DNA of 63,510 nt, counting the filler, from Octopus bimaculoides (lineage: Eukaryota), in the NCBI RefSeq assembly GCF_001194135.2. It is 7 parts of 7 records of this genome, joined end to end, with 100 filler letters (N's around TTAATTAATTAA, not from the genome) between each part and the next. Parts side by side here need not be neighbours in the genome. Positions count along the whole stretch, not along the records: positions 24,756 to 40,716 come from NC_068987.1; positions 40,817 to 57,024 come from NC_068994.1; 5 more parts are not named here. One strand, written 5' to 3'. Each line of letters begins with the position of its first letter. Position 1 is the first letter of the stretch. Under the pieces are notes generated by a model. That model worked only from the letters and a program-made list of their open reading frames with translations, was not told the origin of the DNA and searched no databases. Both the position numbers and the translations under genes were made by a program. Positions 38,762-50,709 of this stretch are shown piece by piece.

Positions 38762-39691
38762 ATAGGGTCAGCCTATAAATAATGTGGGGTTTTTCCATTG
38801 CATGAACTAAAAGTCGGGGTGGGGGAGACAGGTTAGACTACCTGCAACAACTTGCTATAAAACCAGGTAGTAATTTTACCTTGATACTTATTCTTAGTGC
38901 AAGTTTTGAATTGTACAGTTCGATTTTAACAGTTATTGTTTCAAAGTTATAATGGAAGTGACGAAGGAACATATTCAGTATATTTTGCTTTTTATGAATT
39001 CAATAAAGTACGAGGAATATCAAGGCAATATAGAGGGATCGGATAATAAGCGTAAGCAACGGAAAGTGCGGGGAATGTTAATGCAGTATATGTAGATTGG
39101 ACAATAAGCGTAAGCCAATGTCAACGTTGGTTCCAGAAATTGCGGAAGATCTATAGAGCTCAGCGAGGACGTCCTGCAAACCCTAGTGGAACTAAATCCC
39201 ATCGTAACTGTTGAGGAACTAGCAGGGAATCTTGGATTTGGTTATTTACCCGTTCATCGACACCTACATGCGATCGGAAAAGTCTGCAAACTGTGTCAAT
39301 GTGTTCCTCACAAACTTCCCGAGTCTAATCGCACTCAGAGAGTGAATGTGTGCTCTTTTTGTTGTCACGTCATACGAATGAACCTTTTTGGGGACCGAAT
39401 AGTGACTGGCAAAGGGAAATGAGTTCTCTATAAAAATGTCAAGCACCGGAGACAGTGGATAGGGAAAGGAGAAACACCGGCATCCCAGGCTGAAGATGGT
39501 TTTCAACCACTTAAGATGTTGTTATCTGTTTGGTGGGATATGAAAGGTTTCATCCACTTTGAACTTTTAAACCCAAACCAAAACAAAGGAGATCTCTGCG
39601 TAACAAAGGAGATCTCTGCGTAACAAAGGAGATCTCTGCGTAACAAAGGAGATCTCTGCGTAACAAAGGAGATCTCTGCGAGCAGCTTGAG
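38762..39691 (+). mobile_element. Mariner transposase remnant
   Basis: MEVTKEHI start, CVPHKL (WVPHEL-like), RIVTG and LSVWWDMKG motifs, with multiple frameshifts. Confidence 0.85.
39582..39680 (+). repeat. 20-bp minisatellite (AACAAAGGAGATCTCTGCGT) x5 inside the mariner
   Basis: Five exact units, the last lacking its final T, resuming into transposase-like gcgagcagcttgag. Confidence 0.95.
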
Positions 39692-40242
39692 NNNNNNNNN
39701 NNNNNNNNNNNNNNNNNNNNNNNNNNNNNNNNNNNNNNNNNNNNNNNNNNNNNNNNNNNNNNNNNNNNNNNNNNNNNNNNNNNNNNNNNNNNNNNNNNNN
39801 NNNNNNNNNNNNNNNNNNNNNNNNNNNNNNNNNNNNNNNNNNNNNNNNNNNNNNNNNNNNNNNNNNNNNNNNNNNNNNNNNNNNNNNNNNNNNNNNNNNN
39901 NNNNNNNNNNNNNNNNNNNNNNNNNNNNNNNNNNNNNNNNNNNNNNNNNNNNNNNNNNNNNNNNNNNNNNNNNNNNNNNNNNNNNNNNNNNNNNNNNNNN
40001 NNNNNNNNNNNNNNNNNNNNNNNNNNNNNNNNNNNNNNNNNNNNNNNNNNNNNNNNNNNNNNNNNNNNNNNNNNNNNNNNNNNNNNNNNNNNNNNNNNNN
40101 NNNNNNNNNNNNNNNNNNNNNNNNNNNNNNNNNNNNNNNNNNNNNNNNNNNNNNNNNNNNNNNNNNNNNNNNNNNNNNNNNNNNNNNNNNNNNNNNNNNN
40201 NNNNNNNNNNNNGGGAGGAGGAGGAGGAGGAGGAGGAGGAAC

Positions 40243-40716
40243 CAAACTAAAACTAGAACAACAGCGGACCATGATAAAATGATGGCAAGAAGAGCCCCTT
40301 CATGGCAAATACTGGGCTAAACTAAATGCAAAAGAAATAGACAGAGAAAAATCGCAGCAATGGTTGAGAAGCCCAGGACTCAAAGCAGAGACTGAAAGAC
40401 TTTTAATTGCAGCACAAAACCAAAGCCTCCCCACCAGAAATTACCAAAAACATATAATGAAAAGGAAAATAACAAGAAACAATAAATCATATTATCTCTG
40501 GCTGCCCAGTCCTGGCTAAGAAGGAGTATAATCACAGACACGACAGAGCTGGGACCTATATACACTGGAAGCTATGCCAACACTATGGAATAACAACAGA
40601 AAAAAGATGGTATAAACACACGCCAGAAAAGGTCACAGAAAACGAGAAAGCAACCATACTCTGGGATATGCCAATACACACAGATAGAGAAATTAAGGGA
40701 AATAGACCAGATATAG
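40243..40716 (+). mobile_element. R4/Dong-like non-LTR retrotransposon fragment (restriction-like endonuclease region)
   Basis: Translates as HRHDRAGTYIHWKLCQHYG...WYKHTPEKVTENEKATILWDMPIHTDREIKGNRPDI, an RLE-clade motif series. Confidence 0.8.
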
Positions 40717-40816
40717 NNNNNNNNNNNNNNNNNNNNNNNNNNNNNNNNNNNNNNNNNNNNTTAATTAATTAANNNNNNNNNNNNNNNNNNNNNNNNNNNN
40801 NNNNNNNNNNNNNNNN
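40717..40816. other. Artificial scaffold spacer
   Basis: TTAATTAATTAA at 40761-40772 with 44 N on each side. Confidence 0.95.
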
Positions 40817-40849
40817 ATTTAATGTCTGCTTTCCATGCCATGTAGCATG

Positions 40850-42236
40850 GTTGTTTGTACACATGCGTCATAGTCTAGCTTTTACTCTGAGCAAGAGGCC
40901 CTTTGTCACCAACAGAAGTAGGAACTCTCTGAACTTTGCCCAGGCTATTCTTATTCTAGCAGCTAAACTTTCAGAGCATCCATCCCCGCTACTGATTTGG
41001 TTCCTTAGGTAATGGAAGCTATCAACTGCTTGTAGTTTTTCTCCCTGGAATGTGACAGAAGCTGTTCTCTGCACATTTTCAGTGTTTATAGCACCTGAGC
41101 ATCTGCTACATACAAAAACTAACTTCCTAGTTACCTTCCCTTTGATATTGTTGCACTGCTTATGTGTCCATAGCTTACACTGGGTACATCTTCTGGAGTT
41201 TCTACCTACACCTTTTCTACAGATCGAGCAGGGCCATCTACCTGAAGGGATTTGAGGTTTGTTTACCTTCCTACTTATCCATGCGAACACATTTCTCTCC
41301 CACGACATCACGATTCTCTCTCACACACTGTCTTGCAACACGAAATACTTCAAGTCTTTGGTCCTCACGGCACAGAACAATGGCAAATTTTTTCTTATAT
41401 GCTTCCCCTCTGACTAAATAAACCTGTCTCCTAGCAGTCTGATACAATTCCCTGCTACCCCCATTCTTCCAGTCCTTCCAAGCCTGTTTCTTTTGTCTAA
41501 TAGCCCTGTCAACACCATTGTTCCACCATCATGTTACCATGGATCGAGGGGGGACTTTGCACCATCCACAGATCTGGTCAGTGGCCCTCAGCAAGTTGTC
41601 CCATAGAAACGTCCAGTTGTCTTCCTCATCATGTGATGCTATATCCCACTCTATTTTGTCAAAAGCTTCGAGTAATACGTCTCTAAATCTCTGTCCATTC
41701 GCAGGATCTTTAAGCTTCCAGACCCTTCTCCTCCATGCTGGTCATCTTCTGGGCATCCATTTAGCCCTGCTCCTGAAGTCGCTAACTACTGGTCTATGTT
41801 GTGGGGTACATTCTTCGCCTGGGAAGGTTTTGGCATTTATAAGCAGCCATCTTTCCCTTTTTCTGGCGAGAATGTAGCCAATTCGGCTAGTGTGTCTACC
41901 AGAACGTTAGGTGACTAGGTGACAGGCAAGTTTCCTGAAGTTGGTATTGCAAACCATAAGATCATTTGCATCGCAGAACTCCAGCAGCCTGGTTCCCTCC
42001 TCATTGCAGGAACCAAAACCATAGCCTCCATGTGAGCCATGGAAGCCCCCTGCATGTTGTTGAACATGTTCATTGAAGTCACCAGCGACAAAGAGAAGGT
42101 CCCTGTCATTCGTCAATGAGGTAATCTGCAAGAGGGTGTCATAAAATCGGTCTTTCTGTCTATCAGGTAGCCCCGGCTGAAGGGCATAGGCTGAGGTAAT
42201 GGTTGCTAATCCATGATGTAGCACTAATCTAAAGAT
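40850..42236 (-). mobile_element. RTE-type LINE remnant: APE endonuclease joined directly to a Cys-rich finger and C-terminus (RT missing)
   Basis: SAYALQ...FVAGDFNEHV...NEEGTRLLEFCDANDLMVCNT (APE), then WPCSICRKGVGRNSRRCTQCKLWTHKQC and GEKLQAVDSFHYL. Confidence 0.85.
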
Positions 42237-43888
42237 NNNNNNNNNNNNNNNNNNNNNNNNNNNNNNNNNNNNNNNNNNNNNNNNNNNNNNNNNNNNNNNN
42301 NNNNNNNNNNNNNNNNNNNNNNNNNNNNNNNNNNNNNNNNNNNNNNNNNNNNNNNNNNNNNNNNNNNNNNNNNNNNNNNNNNNNNNNNNNNNNNNNNNNN
42401 NNNNNNNNNNNNNNNNNNNNNNNNNNNNNNNNNNNNNNNNNNNNNNNNNNNNNNNNNNNNNNNNNNNNNNNNNNNNNNNNNNNNNNNNNNNNNNNNNNNN
42501 NNNNNNNNNNNNNNNNNNNNNNNNNNNNNNNNNNNNNNNNNNNNNNNNNNNNNNNNNNNNNNNNNNNNNNNNNNNNNNNNNNNNNNNNNNNNNNNNNNAA
42601 GAAGAAGAAGAAGAAGAAGAAGAAGAAGAAGAAGAAGAAGAAGAAGAAGAAGAAGAAGAAGAAGAAGAAGAAGAAGAAGAAGAAGAAGAAGAAGAAGAAG
42701 AAGAAGGAAGATGCACCTCTGCAAAGCTAAATTAACCATTTCTTCACATTGAAGATAAATTTTTAACGAAGGAAACTAATGCGGACCGAACATCAAGACA
42801 AAAAGAAACTCGGCAGGTCCAATGGGTATGAATTAAATTTCATAAGTTGAATTTTTTTTTTACTTATATGTTTTTCTATTTTTTCATTCTGTAGTTTGTG
42901 ATTTAATAAAAAAATTATACTTTTAATTTTAGAAAGTTTAAGAATCAACTTCTTTAGTGGGAATCAATTAAAGGTATTTTCATTGTTTTCTATGGATGAT
43001 AATACCCCACTATATGAATTTTTCACTTTAAGCGTCTAGTCAGGAATGAATTAATTCGTAAACATGAGGTCTGTCTGTATATATTCTTAAATAGGTGTTT
43101 ATATCAAAAAAAAGTAGAGGGTGGGTTGTTGTTCTCATCCCTATCAGCTAATTACTGTTCTTGAGGCTGTAATACAAGAGTTCAGAAAGTCTGCTATGGA
43201 GAGATACAGAAACAGTTCCAAACTAGGAAAATGTGTTAAGTCTAAAAGCTTAAAGTGCAACATGACAGAACAAAGTTGCAGTAGCATCAGATGCAGCCCT
43301 GTATTTAAAAAGTGAAGCAAGATTAGAAAAGAAAAAGTAGCCATTTGGTGACAAAATGTCAACACAAATTTTGAAGCGAGACATCATCAGAAATATAAAT
43401 GAGTCATTAGATATACCAATGATATAACATAAAAAGTTTAAAATATAATAAATAACATACAGAATAACAATGACAAGAAGGAACTCATAAAAATAAAATA
43501 AGGTCAACAAGAAGAAAACATAAGTGTGAAAGAACAAAGGACAACAAAAGATACTGAAGGTTGACCACACAAAAAAATAATAGCAAAGAATACCCTCTAC
43601 TCAGGCACTTCTAACTCACTCACTTCTCCCTTTCTCATTCTTTTACCACACATTAACTGCCACTACCAATTTTTCTTCCCTGTCACATCAGCTTTCTGGA
43701 ACTTACATACTGGGGATGCTTCTTCTTTTTTTTTGACAGCTGTTAACTTGCAACCATTTAAGAGTGGCATTAACCATGTCAATATAACCAGTCTTGGAGG
43801 GTCAGTGAATATCATGGAAGCATCTTCTTCCAGAAAAATACAATAAAAGAAAGTGAAGAAAAGGGTTAAGTGAGCAATAATAATTTAC

Positions 43889-43969
43889 CTGCAGGCGATC
43901 AAAGGCACTGTAACGGCGATATATAATGTTTGTAGATCCATCATTCCATGTAACATTAATTACATATAC
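43889..43969 (-). CDS. SH3PXD2A: PX-domain exon of an SH3PXD2 (Tks4/Tks5)-like adaptor (VYVINVTWNDGSTNIIYRRYSAFDRLQ)
   Basis: 81 nt, phase 0-0, acceptor ...tcattacag, donor CAG|GTAAAT. Matches Tks5 VYIINVTWSD...IYRRYSKFFDLQ. Assignment among A, B and NCF1-like paralogues is uncertain. Confidence 0.88.
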
Positions 43970-44227
43970 CTGTAATGATAGAAAACAAATATGAAGATAA
44001 ATTAACATAGTGAAAAAAAAAAAAGATAAGAGGTATGACATATATATAGATTAGAATACGGGGCTGGAACATTGGCAAAAATATAGAATGAAAACCAAGG
44101 AATAAATACAAGCAAATATATGAAAACATAAATCCACAAAAAGCAGAAAAATATAAATTGGTACACAGAAAATATAGGCTAACAGGAACATAAAGCTTGA
44201 GTATTTCAGTAGCAATACAGGTGGAAA

Positions 44228-44560
44228 TCATCATCATCATCATCATTGTTTAACGTCCGCTTTCCATGCTAGCATGGGTTGGACGATTTGACTGAGGACT
44301 GGGGGACCAGGTGGCTACACAAGGCTCCAATCTGTTTTGGCAGAGTTTCTACAGCTGGATGCCCTTCCTAACGCCAACCACTCCGAGAGTGTAGTGGGTG
44401 CTTTTACATGCCACCAGCACGAAGGCCAGTCAGGCAGTACTGGCGATAGCAATGATCTCGCTTGAATGTCTTTTCACGTGCCACTGGCACAAGTACCAGG
44501 AAGGCGACGTTGGTAATGATCACGCTCAAATGGTGCTATTTACGTGCCACTGGCACGCAA
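44228..44560 (-). mobile_element. RTE-family 3' UTR/tail copy
   Basis: Reverse complement of the 52.5-52.9 kb sequence, ending in an (ATG)n tail. Confidence 0.8.
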
Positions 44561-44919
44561 GCCAAACATCCCTAAACAACCCCAAAGTGGGAGCATGAGG
44601 AGAATAAATTTAAAGTTCACAGATGAAATAAAAATATAACTAGATGAATAACTTTTAAGGCCAACATTTCACTGAGTTACCATATAGACAGTCTTTAATA
44701 TTACCTAACTTGGTTATACTAATATTTGAATACTCCAATAATTGACTGGCTGGAATAGTGGTGGTGATGGAAATTCTATTTGTGATGATAGTGATGTTAG
44801 ATGATGGTGACTAGTGATCGTGAAAAAAAGTGAAATGTTAGTCCATATGTTGGTGGTAATGAAAAGAGAATAGTGGTACTGTGATGACAAAATGTTGATG
44901 GATATAATCAATGGATTGA

Positions 44920-45470
44920 TTTGTATGAGTCAAGCATCTGACTTTCATTTGCACAAGGAGCCAGACAAAGCAAGTCCACTGAGAAGCTGAAGATGATTCA
45001 CTTTTTTGACAGCAAGGGCATTGTCTACATTCATTGGGTTCCCTTTGGTCAGACAGTAAACAAAGAATAATTTGTGAAGGTTTTAAGGGAATTCAGAAAG
45101 AGAATTTTTTGCAAAGGACCGGAACACCTGCACCAGGACAATGCACAAGTCATACTGGTAAGCAACTACTTGACAGAGATGGGTATCAAGACAGCCCATT
45201 CCCCTCTCTACAGTCCAGATCTTGCTCCCTGTGACATTTTGTAGTTCCTCAAGCTGAAGGAGACGATGAAGGAGGCTGTAACAAAAGTCTTAAATACCTT
45301 CAGTTTGGAGGACTTACATGGGGCCATCACAAAGTGGTTGAAGCACTATAACAAATGCATTGAAGTCAGAGGATGCTACTTTGAAAGAGGTTAGAGTTTT
45401 TTTTTACTCCTTTGAAATTAATAAATATCTCTCCTGAAAACGTCTCAAAAGTTCTGGAATGTACCTTGTA
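44920..45470 (+). mobile_element. Mariner transposase remnant (C-terminal half)
   Basis: HQDNA and YSPDLAPCD motifs, with stops and frameshifts. Confidence 0.8.
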
Positions 45471-45962
45471 ACTCATTCCAATTAACACACCAAGCTACGA
45501 TAACCATGTGCAAAACTTTCCCTCTTCTTCTCCAACTATCAACCTATCATCATCAAAACATACATTAATGGACACTTTCAATTAATTTTACAAAGTTTGG
45601 AAAGCACAGTGGAAACACATCTGCAAACAGTTAGTAATATAGATTGCAATATAGATAGCATAGTTCTTCAAAATGTTTAAACATATTTACTATTCCAGTC
45701 TACTGAATTCACACTTTCTTTCCTCATTCTAATTTTAGCCTTATCCTTCTCATTTTTTCTTGTGGTCTCTCATGTACCAGCATCCTGATTTTCAAATAGA
45801 ACAAACCATGTGCTCAGAGACCGTAGACTGTGTGCAAACACGAGGCGCATTATAAAAGGCTGCCTAGCTATATGTCTTAATGGCAAGAAACTATTACTAC
45901 CTAATATTTTAAAAGTGATATGTACAAAAATATATACATAAATATATACATATATATATATA

Positions 45963-46831
45963 TGTTCTGTTTTTCATTTTGTCCATGTTTTTTTGTGACG
46001 TCCTGTACCCAGATATGCATCTATATATACATGTACATGTAGGTATGTACATACATGTACGTATATATGCACATACTCACATATTATTTGTATTATTACA
46101 TGATTGAACGCACGCGTCCTTTTTGCAAGTAAGTTTTAACTTTATTTTCTGACGTGACTCTATCTATCTTTGTATCTTTCTCCCCCTCTCGTTCTTCCTT
46201 CTGTTGTTCTTCGCCTCTCCCCTTCACTACTAATTCTCTCTCTCTCTCTTCCTCCCTGTCTCTCGTTGCTCACCTATGTTCAACTTCCTCCCCTTTTTTT
46301 CTCTCTCTACCACTCTTTCTCCTTACCCATCACTGGTCACATGTGACCGGCTACTGCTTTCTTTCTTCTCTTCGCCACTGCCAAGCTAGCACGAACTTTC
46401 TTCTCTCTTCCCCTCAAGTTCGACACATCACAGCGTTCAGTATACAGATATTTTTTACATGTCTGGCCTACAGCCCTTCTTGTTTATTTTCACTGTTTCG
46501 TTTCCCTGTTTTTTTTTTTGTTTGCCACTTAATTCCTCCACATTACAAATTTCATTTAAGTTAATTTGTTTCCGCGGGAAGAGCTATTCTAACAATGCCT
46601 CCTGCCCTAACTCTTCGAAACGCTTAGTTTAGAATAGGGGCAGCTGATGAAGGAAATATTCTCTACGTGGCCTGTTTGTTTTCTGTGCTCTGTTTATGTT
46701 CTGTTTTTCATTTTGTTCACGTTTTTTTATGACGTCCTGTACCCAGATATTCATCTATATATACATGTAGATGTAGGTGTGTACATACATGTACGTATAT
46801 ATGCATATACTCACATATTATTTGTATTATT
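45963..46831. repeat. About 135-bp direct repeats (45963-46098, 46698-46831) enclosing a pyrimidine-rich tract; possible Penelope-like pseudo-LTR structure
   Basis: gttctgtttttcattttgt...gacgtcctgtacccagatat...catactcacatattatttgtattatta is present twice. Confidence 0.65.
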
Positions 46832-47430
46832 ATATACAAATATACATACATATATAAATAAATATGTACATAAATATAAATAAAAAGAGAAAGACACACA
46901 CAGACAGACAGGTAAATCCAGAGACACTCAATACATATGTATATATATTATATATATAATACATATATTATATATATATATATACATATATATATTATAC
47001 ATCTGTCACTATATGTCATTTNNNNNNNNNNNNNNNNNNNNNNNNNNNNNNNNNNNNNNNNNNNNNNNNNNNNNNNNNNNNNNNNNNNNNNNNNNNNNNN
47101 NNNNNNNNNNNNNNNNNNNNNNNNNNNNNNNNNNNNNNNNNNNNNNNNNNNNNNNNNNNNNNNNNNNNNNNNNNNNNNNNNNNNNNNNNNNNNNNNNNNN
47201 NNNNNNNNNNNNNNNNNNNNNNNNNNNNNNNNNNNNNNNNNNNNNNNNNNNNNNNNNNNNNNNNNNNNNNNNNNNNNNNNNNNNNNNNNNNNNNNNNNNN
47301 NNNNNNNNNNNNNNNNNNNNNNNNNNNNNNNNNNNNNNNNNNNNNNNNNNNNNNNNNNNNNNNNNNNNNNNNNNNNNNNNNNNNNNNNNNNNNNNNNNNN
47401 NNNNNNNNNNNNNNNNNNNNNNNNNNNNNN

Positions 47431-47566
47431 AAATATGTGACACTTATTCAGTAGCCATGATAAAACTCTGAGTTTCGGATGCCAGGGCTGCCAACCCCCC
47501 AACCCCCGCCGTGGCATCCGAAACTCGGGAGTTTTATCATGGCTACTGAATAAGTGTCACATATTT
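47431..47566. repeat. Near-perfect 54/55-bp inverted repeat with a 27-nt GC-rich loop (MITE-like)
   Basis: Arms 47431-47484 and 47512-47566 differ by one indel and one substitution. The left arm abuts a gap. Confidence 0.85.
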
Positions 47567-49812
47567 TTACAGATAAATTCCTCTATTTGCATAATATCGA
47601 GGTCTGTTTCTTTCTTTTGCTGCCATTCCTGTCAAATATATATATATATACATATATATATTATACATCTGTCACTATATGTCATTTTTATAACTACTGA
47701 TATGACATAATATGTCACATGTGTTTGTGTATAGTTATTATTGTCCTTTTAGTAAACAAATAAACAAGTAAATTGACATAATACAATGTCTGCAAGTTGA
47801 TCAATACCACCTGTTAATCCCCTCCATTTTCTTATTGCTATAGATATTATATATATATATATATAATACGTATATANNNNNNNNNNNNNNNNNNNNNNNN
47901 NNNNNNNNNNNNNNNNNNNNNNNNNNNNNNNNNNNNNNNNNNNNNNNNNNNNNNNNNNNNNNNNNNNNNNNNNNNNNNNNNNNNNNNNNNNNNNNNNNNN
48001 NNNNNNNNNNNNNNNNNNNNNNNNNNNNNNNNNNNNNNNNNNNNNNNNNNNNNNNNNNNNNNNNNNNNNNNNNNNNNNNNNNNNNNNNNNNNNNNNNNNN
48101 NNNNNNNNNNNNNNNNNNNNNNNNNNNNNNNNNNNNNNNNNNNNNNNNNNNNNNNNNNNNNNNNNNNNNNNNNNNNNNNNNNNNNNNNNNNNNNNNNNNN
48201 NNNNNNNNNNNNNNNNNNNNNNNNNNNNNNNNNNNNNNNNNNNNNNNNNNNNNNNNNNNNNNNNNNNNNNNNNNNNNNNNNNNNNNNNNNNNNNNNNNNN
48301 NNNNNNNNNNNNNNNNNNNNNNNNNNNNNNNNNNNNNNNNNNNNNNNNNNNNNNNNNNNNNNNNNNNNNNNNNNNNNNNNNNNNNNNNNNNNNNNNNNNN
48401 NNNNNNNNNNNNNNNNNNNNNNNNNNNNNNNNNNNNNNNNNNNNNNNNNNNNNNNNNNNNNNNNNNNNNNNNNNNNNNNNNNNNNNNNNNNNNNNNNNNN
48501 NNNNNNNNNNNNNNNNNNNNNNNNNNNNNNNNNNNNNNNNNNNNNNNNNNNNNNNNNNNNNNNNNNNNNNNNNNNNNNNNNNNNNNNNNNNNNNNNNNNN
48601 NNNNNNNNNNNNNNNNNNNNNNNNNNNNNNNNNNNNNNNNNNNNNNNNNNNNNNNNNNNNNNNNNNNNNNNNNNNNNNNNNNNNNNNNNNNNNNNNNNNN
48701 NNNNNNNNNNNNNNNNNNNNNNNNNNNNNNNNNNNNNNNCAACAATATACACAGAAGGAGTTATATTTAAGAATTTACAAAAAATTGGAGAGGAACAGAC
48801 CTATCTTTTTAACGTTTTCTCTCTTGTGTATAGCTAGGGAATGTTTGCTACTTTAAGGGACAGCGAGGGAGGCTGGTTGGGGTGGGGGGAAGGAAGAGCA
48901 ATGTAGAATTAAAAGGATTTTTATGTTTCTGGGTTACTCTGTCATGGTTCAGTGGTTTTTGGGACTGGTCTTAGAAGTCAGAATGGTGTGAGTGTGTGTG
49001 TGTCTCTGTGCATGTCTGCGTGTGTGTGTGTATATACATATGTTTGTGTTTGTGTATGTGAGCTGTTTTCCATTGGTCCCAGAGTTTATTGTGGTGTGTG
49101 TATATGGGTATGTGTGCGTTTCATATTTGGTAGGATGGTGTGTGTATATGTGTGCATGTTTGTGTGTGTGTATGTGTGTGATTAATTATGTTAGGGTGTT
49201 GTGTGTGCGCATGTGTATGTATGTGTTTGTTCGTTTGTGTGCGTCTGTGGGTGTGTATGTATGTATGTTGTTTTGTCCTTGTGACGTGTGTGTGTGTGTG
49301 TGTGTGAGAGAGCAACCATATGTGTCTGTGAGGGTGCATATGTCTGTGTGTGTGCATGTGTATGTTTGTGTGTTTTGTGTTGGTGGGGATGTTTTGTGTG
49401 TGTACATGAGTGTGTGTGTGTGTCTGTCTGTCTGAGTATGTTTGTCTTGCTTGAATTGTCCTTTCGTGTGTGTGTGTGCGCAACCATATGTGTGTGTGAG
49501 CAACCATATGTGTGTGTGAGGGTGCATATGTATGTGTGTGTGGGTATGTGTGAGTGTGAATGTGTGTGTTGCATTTATCAAGGGTTTTGTGTGTCCCCAT
49601 GTGTGTTGGGTTTATCCGGGTGGTGTGTATGTGTGTACATGTGCATTTTGTGTATGTTGGTACTGAGTATACGTTTGTGTGTGTGTGTGTGTGTGTATGT
49701 GGGTCTGGTTTATGTAGTTTCTGGGTGTGAGTGTGCACATGTGTGTGTGAGTGCTATATTTGTGAGTGATTAGCTTTGTTTGTATTTTTAGTGCAGTGTG
49801 TGTATACGTGAT

Positions 49813-49844
<32 letters not shown>

Positions 49845-49845
<1 letters not shown>

Positions 49846-50110
49846 CCCGTGTAAGAGGTAGGCCCAGGAAGACCTGGGCTGAGGTGGTGAGGTAAGACCT
49901 TCGAACATTGGGCCTCACCGATGCGATGACTTCTGACCGAGACCTTTGGAAATATGCTGTGCGTGAGAAGACCCGGCAAGCCAAGTGAGACCTAAATCCA
50001 AGGCTTCTGCCAGGGGTGTAGCCAGCCCACGTATGCGTACCTTTCCTTCTTTGGACACTAAACTCCGCTTGCGAAGACCTGTTGAGGCAAGTGAAATCGA
50101 AACCGAACTA
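49845..50110 (+). mobile_element. RTE LINE 3' end fragment
   Basis: RGRPRKTWAEVV...LTDAMTSDRDLWKYAVREK, paralogous to 51700-51960. Confidence 0.8.
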
Positions 50111-50709
50111 NNNNNNNNNNNNNNNNNNNNNNNNNNNNNNNNNNNNNNNNNNNNNNNNNNNNNNNNNNNNNNNNNNNNNNNNNNNNNNNNNNNNNNNNNN
50201 NNNNNNNNNNNNNNNNNNNNNNNNNNNNNNNNNNNNNNNNNNNNNNNNNNNNNNNNNNNNNNNNNNNNNNNNNNNNNNNNNNNNNNNNNNNNNNNNNNNN
50301 NNNNNNNNNNNNNNNNNNNNNNNNNNNNNNNNNNNNNNNNNNNNNNNNNNNNNNNNNNNNNNNNNNNNNNNNNNNNNNNNNNNNNNNNNNNNNNNNNNNN
50401 NNNNNNNNNNNNNNNNNNNNNNNNNNNNNNNNNNNNNNNNNNNNNNNNNNNNNNNNNNNNNNNNNNNNNNNNNNNNNNNNNNNNNNNNNNNNNNNNNNNN
50501 NNNNNNNNNNNNNNNNNNNNNNNNNNNNNNNNNNNNNNNNNNNNNNNNNNNNNNNNNNNNNNNNNNNNNNNNNNNNNNNNNNNNNNNNNNNNNNNNNNNN
50601 NNNNNNNNNNNNNNNNNNNNNNNNNNNNNNNNNNNNNNNNNNNNNNNNNNNNNNNNNNNNNNNNNNNNNNNNNNNNNNNNNNNNNNNNNNNNNNNNNNNN
50701 NNNNNNNNN

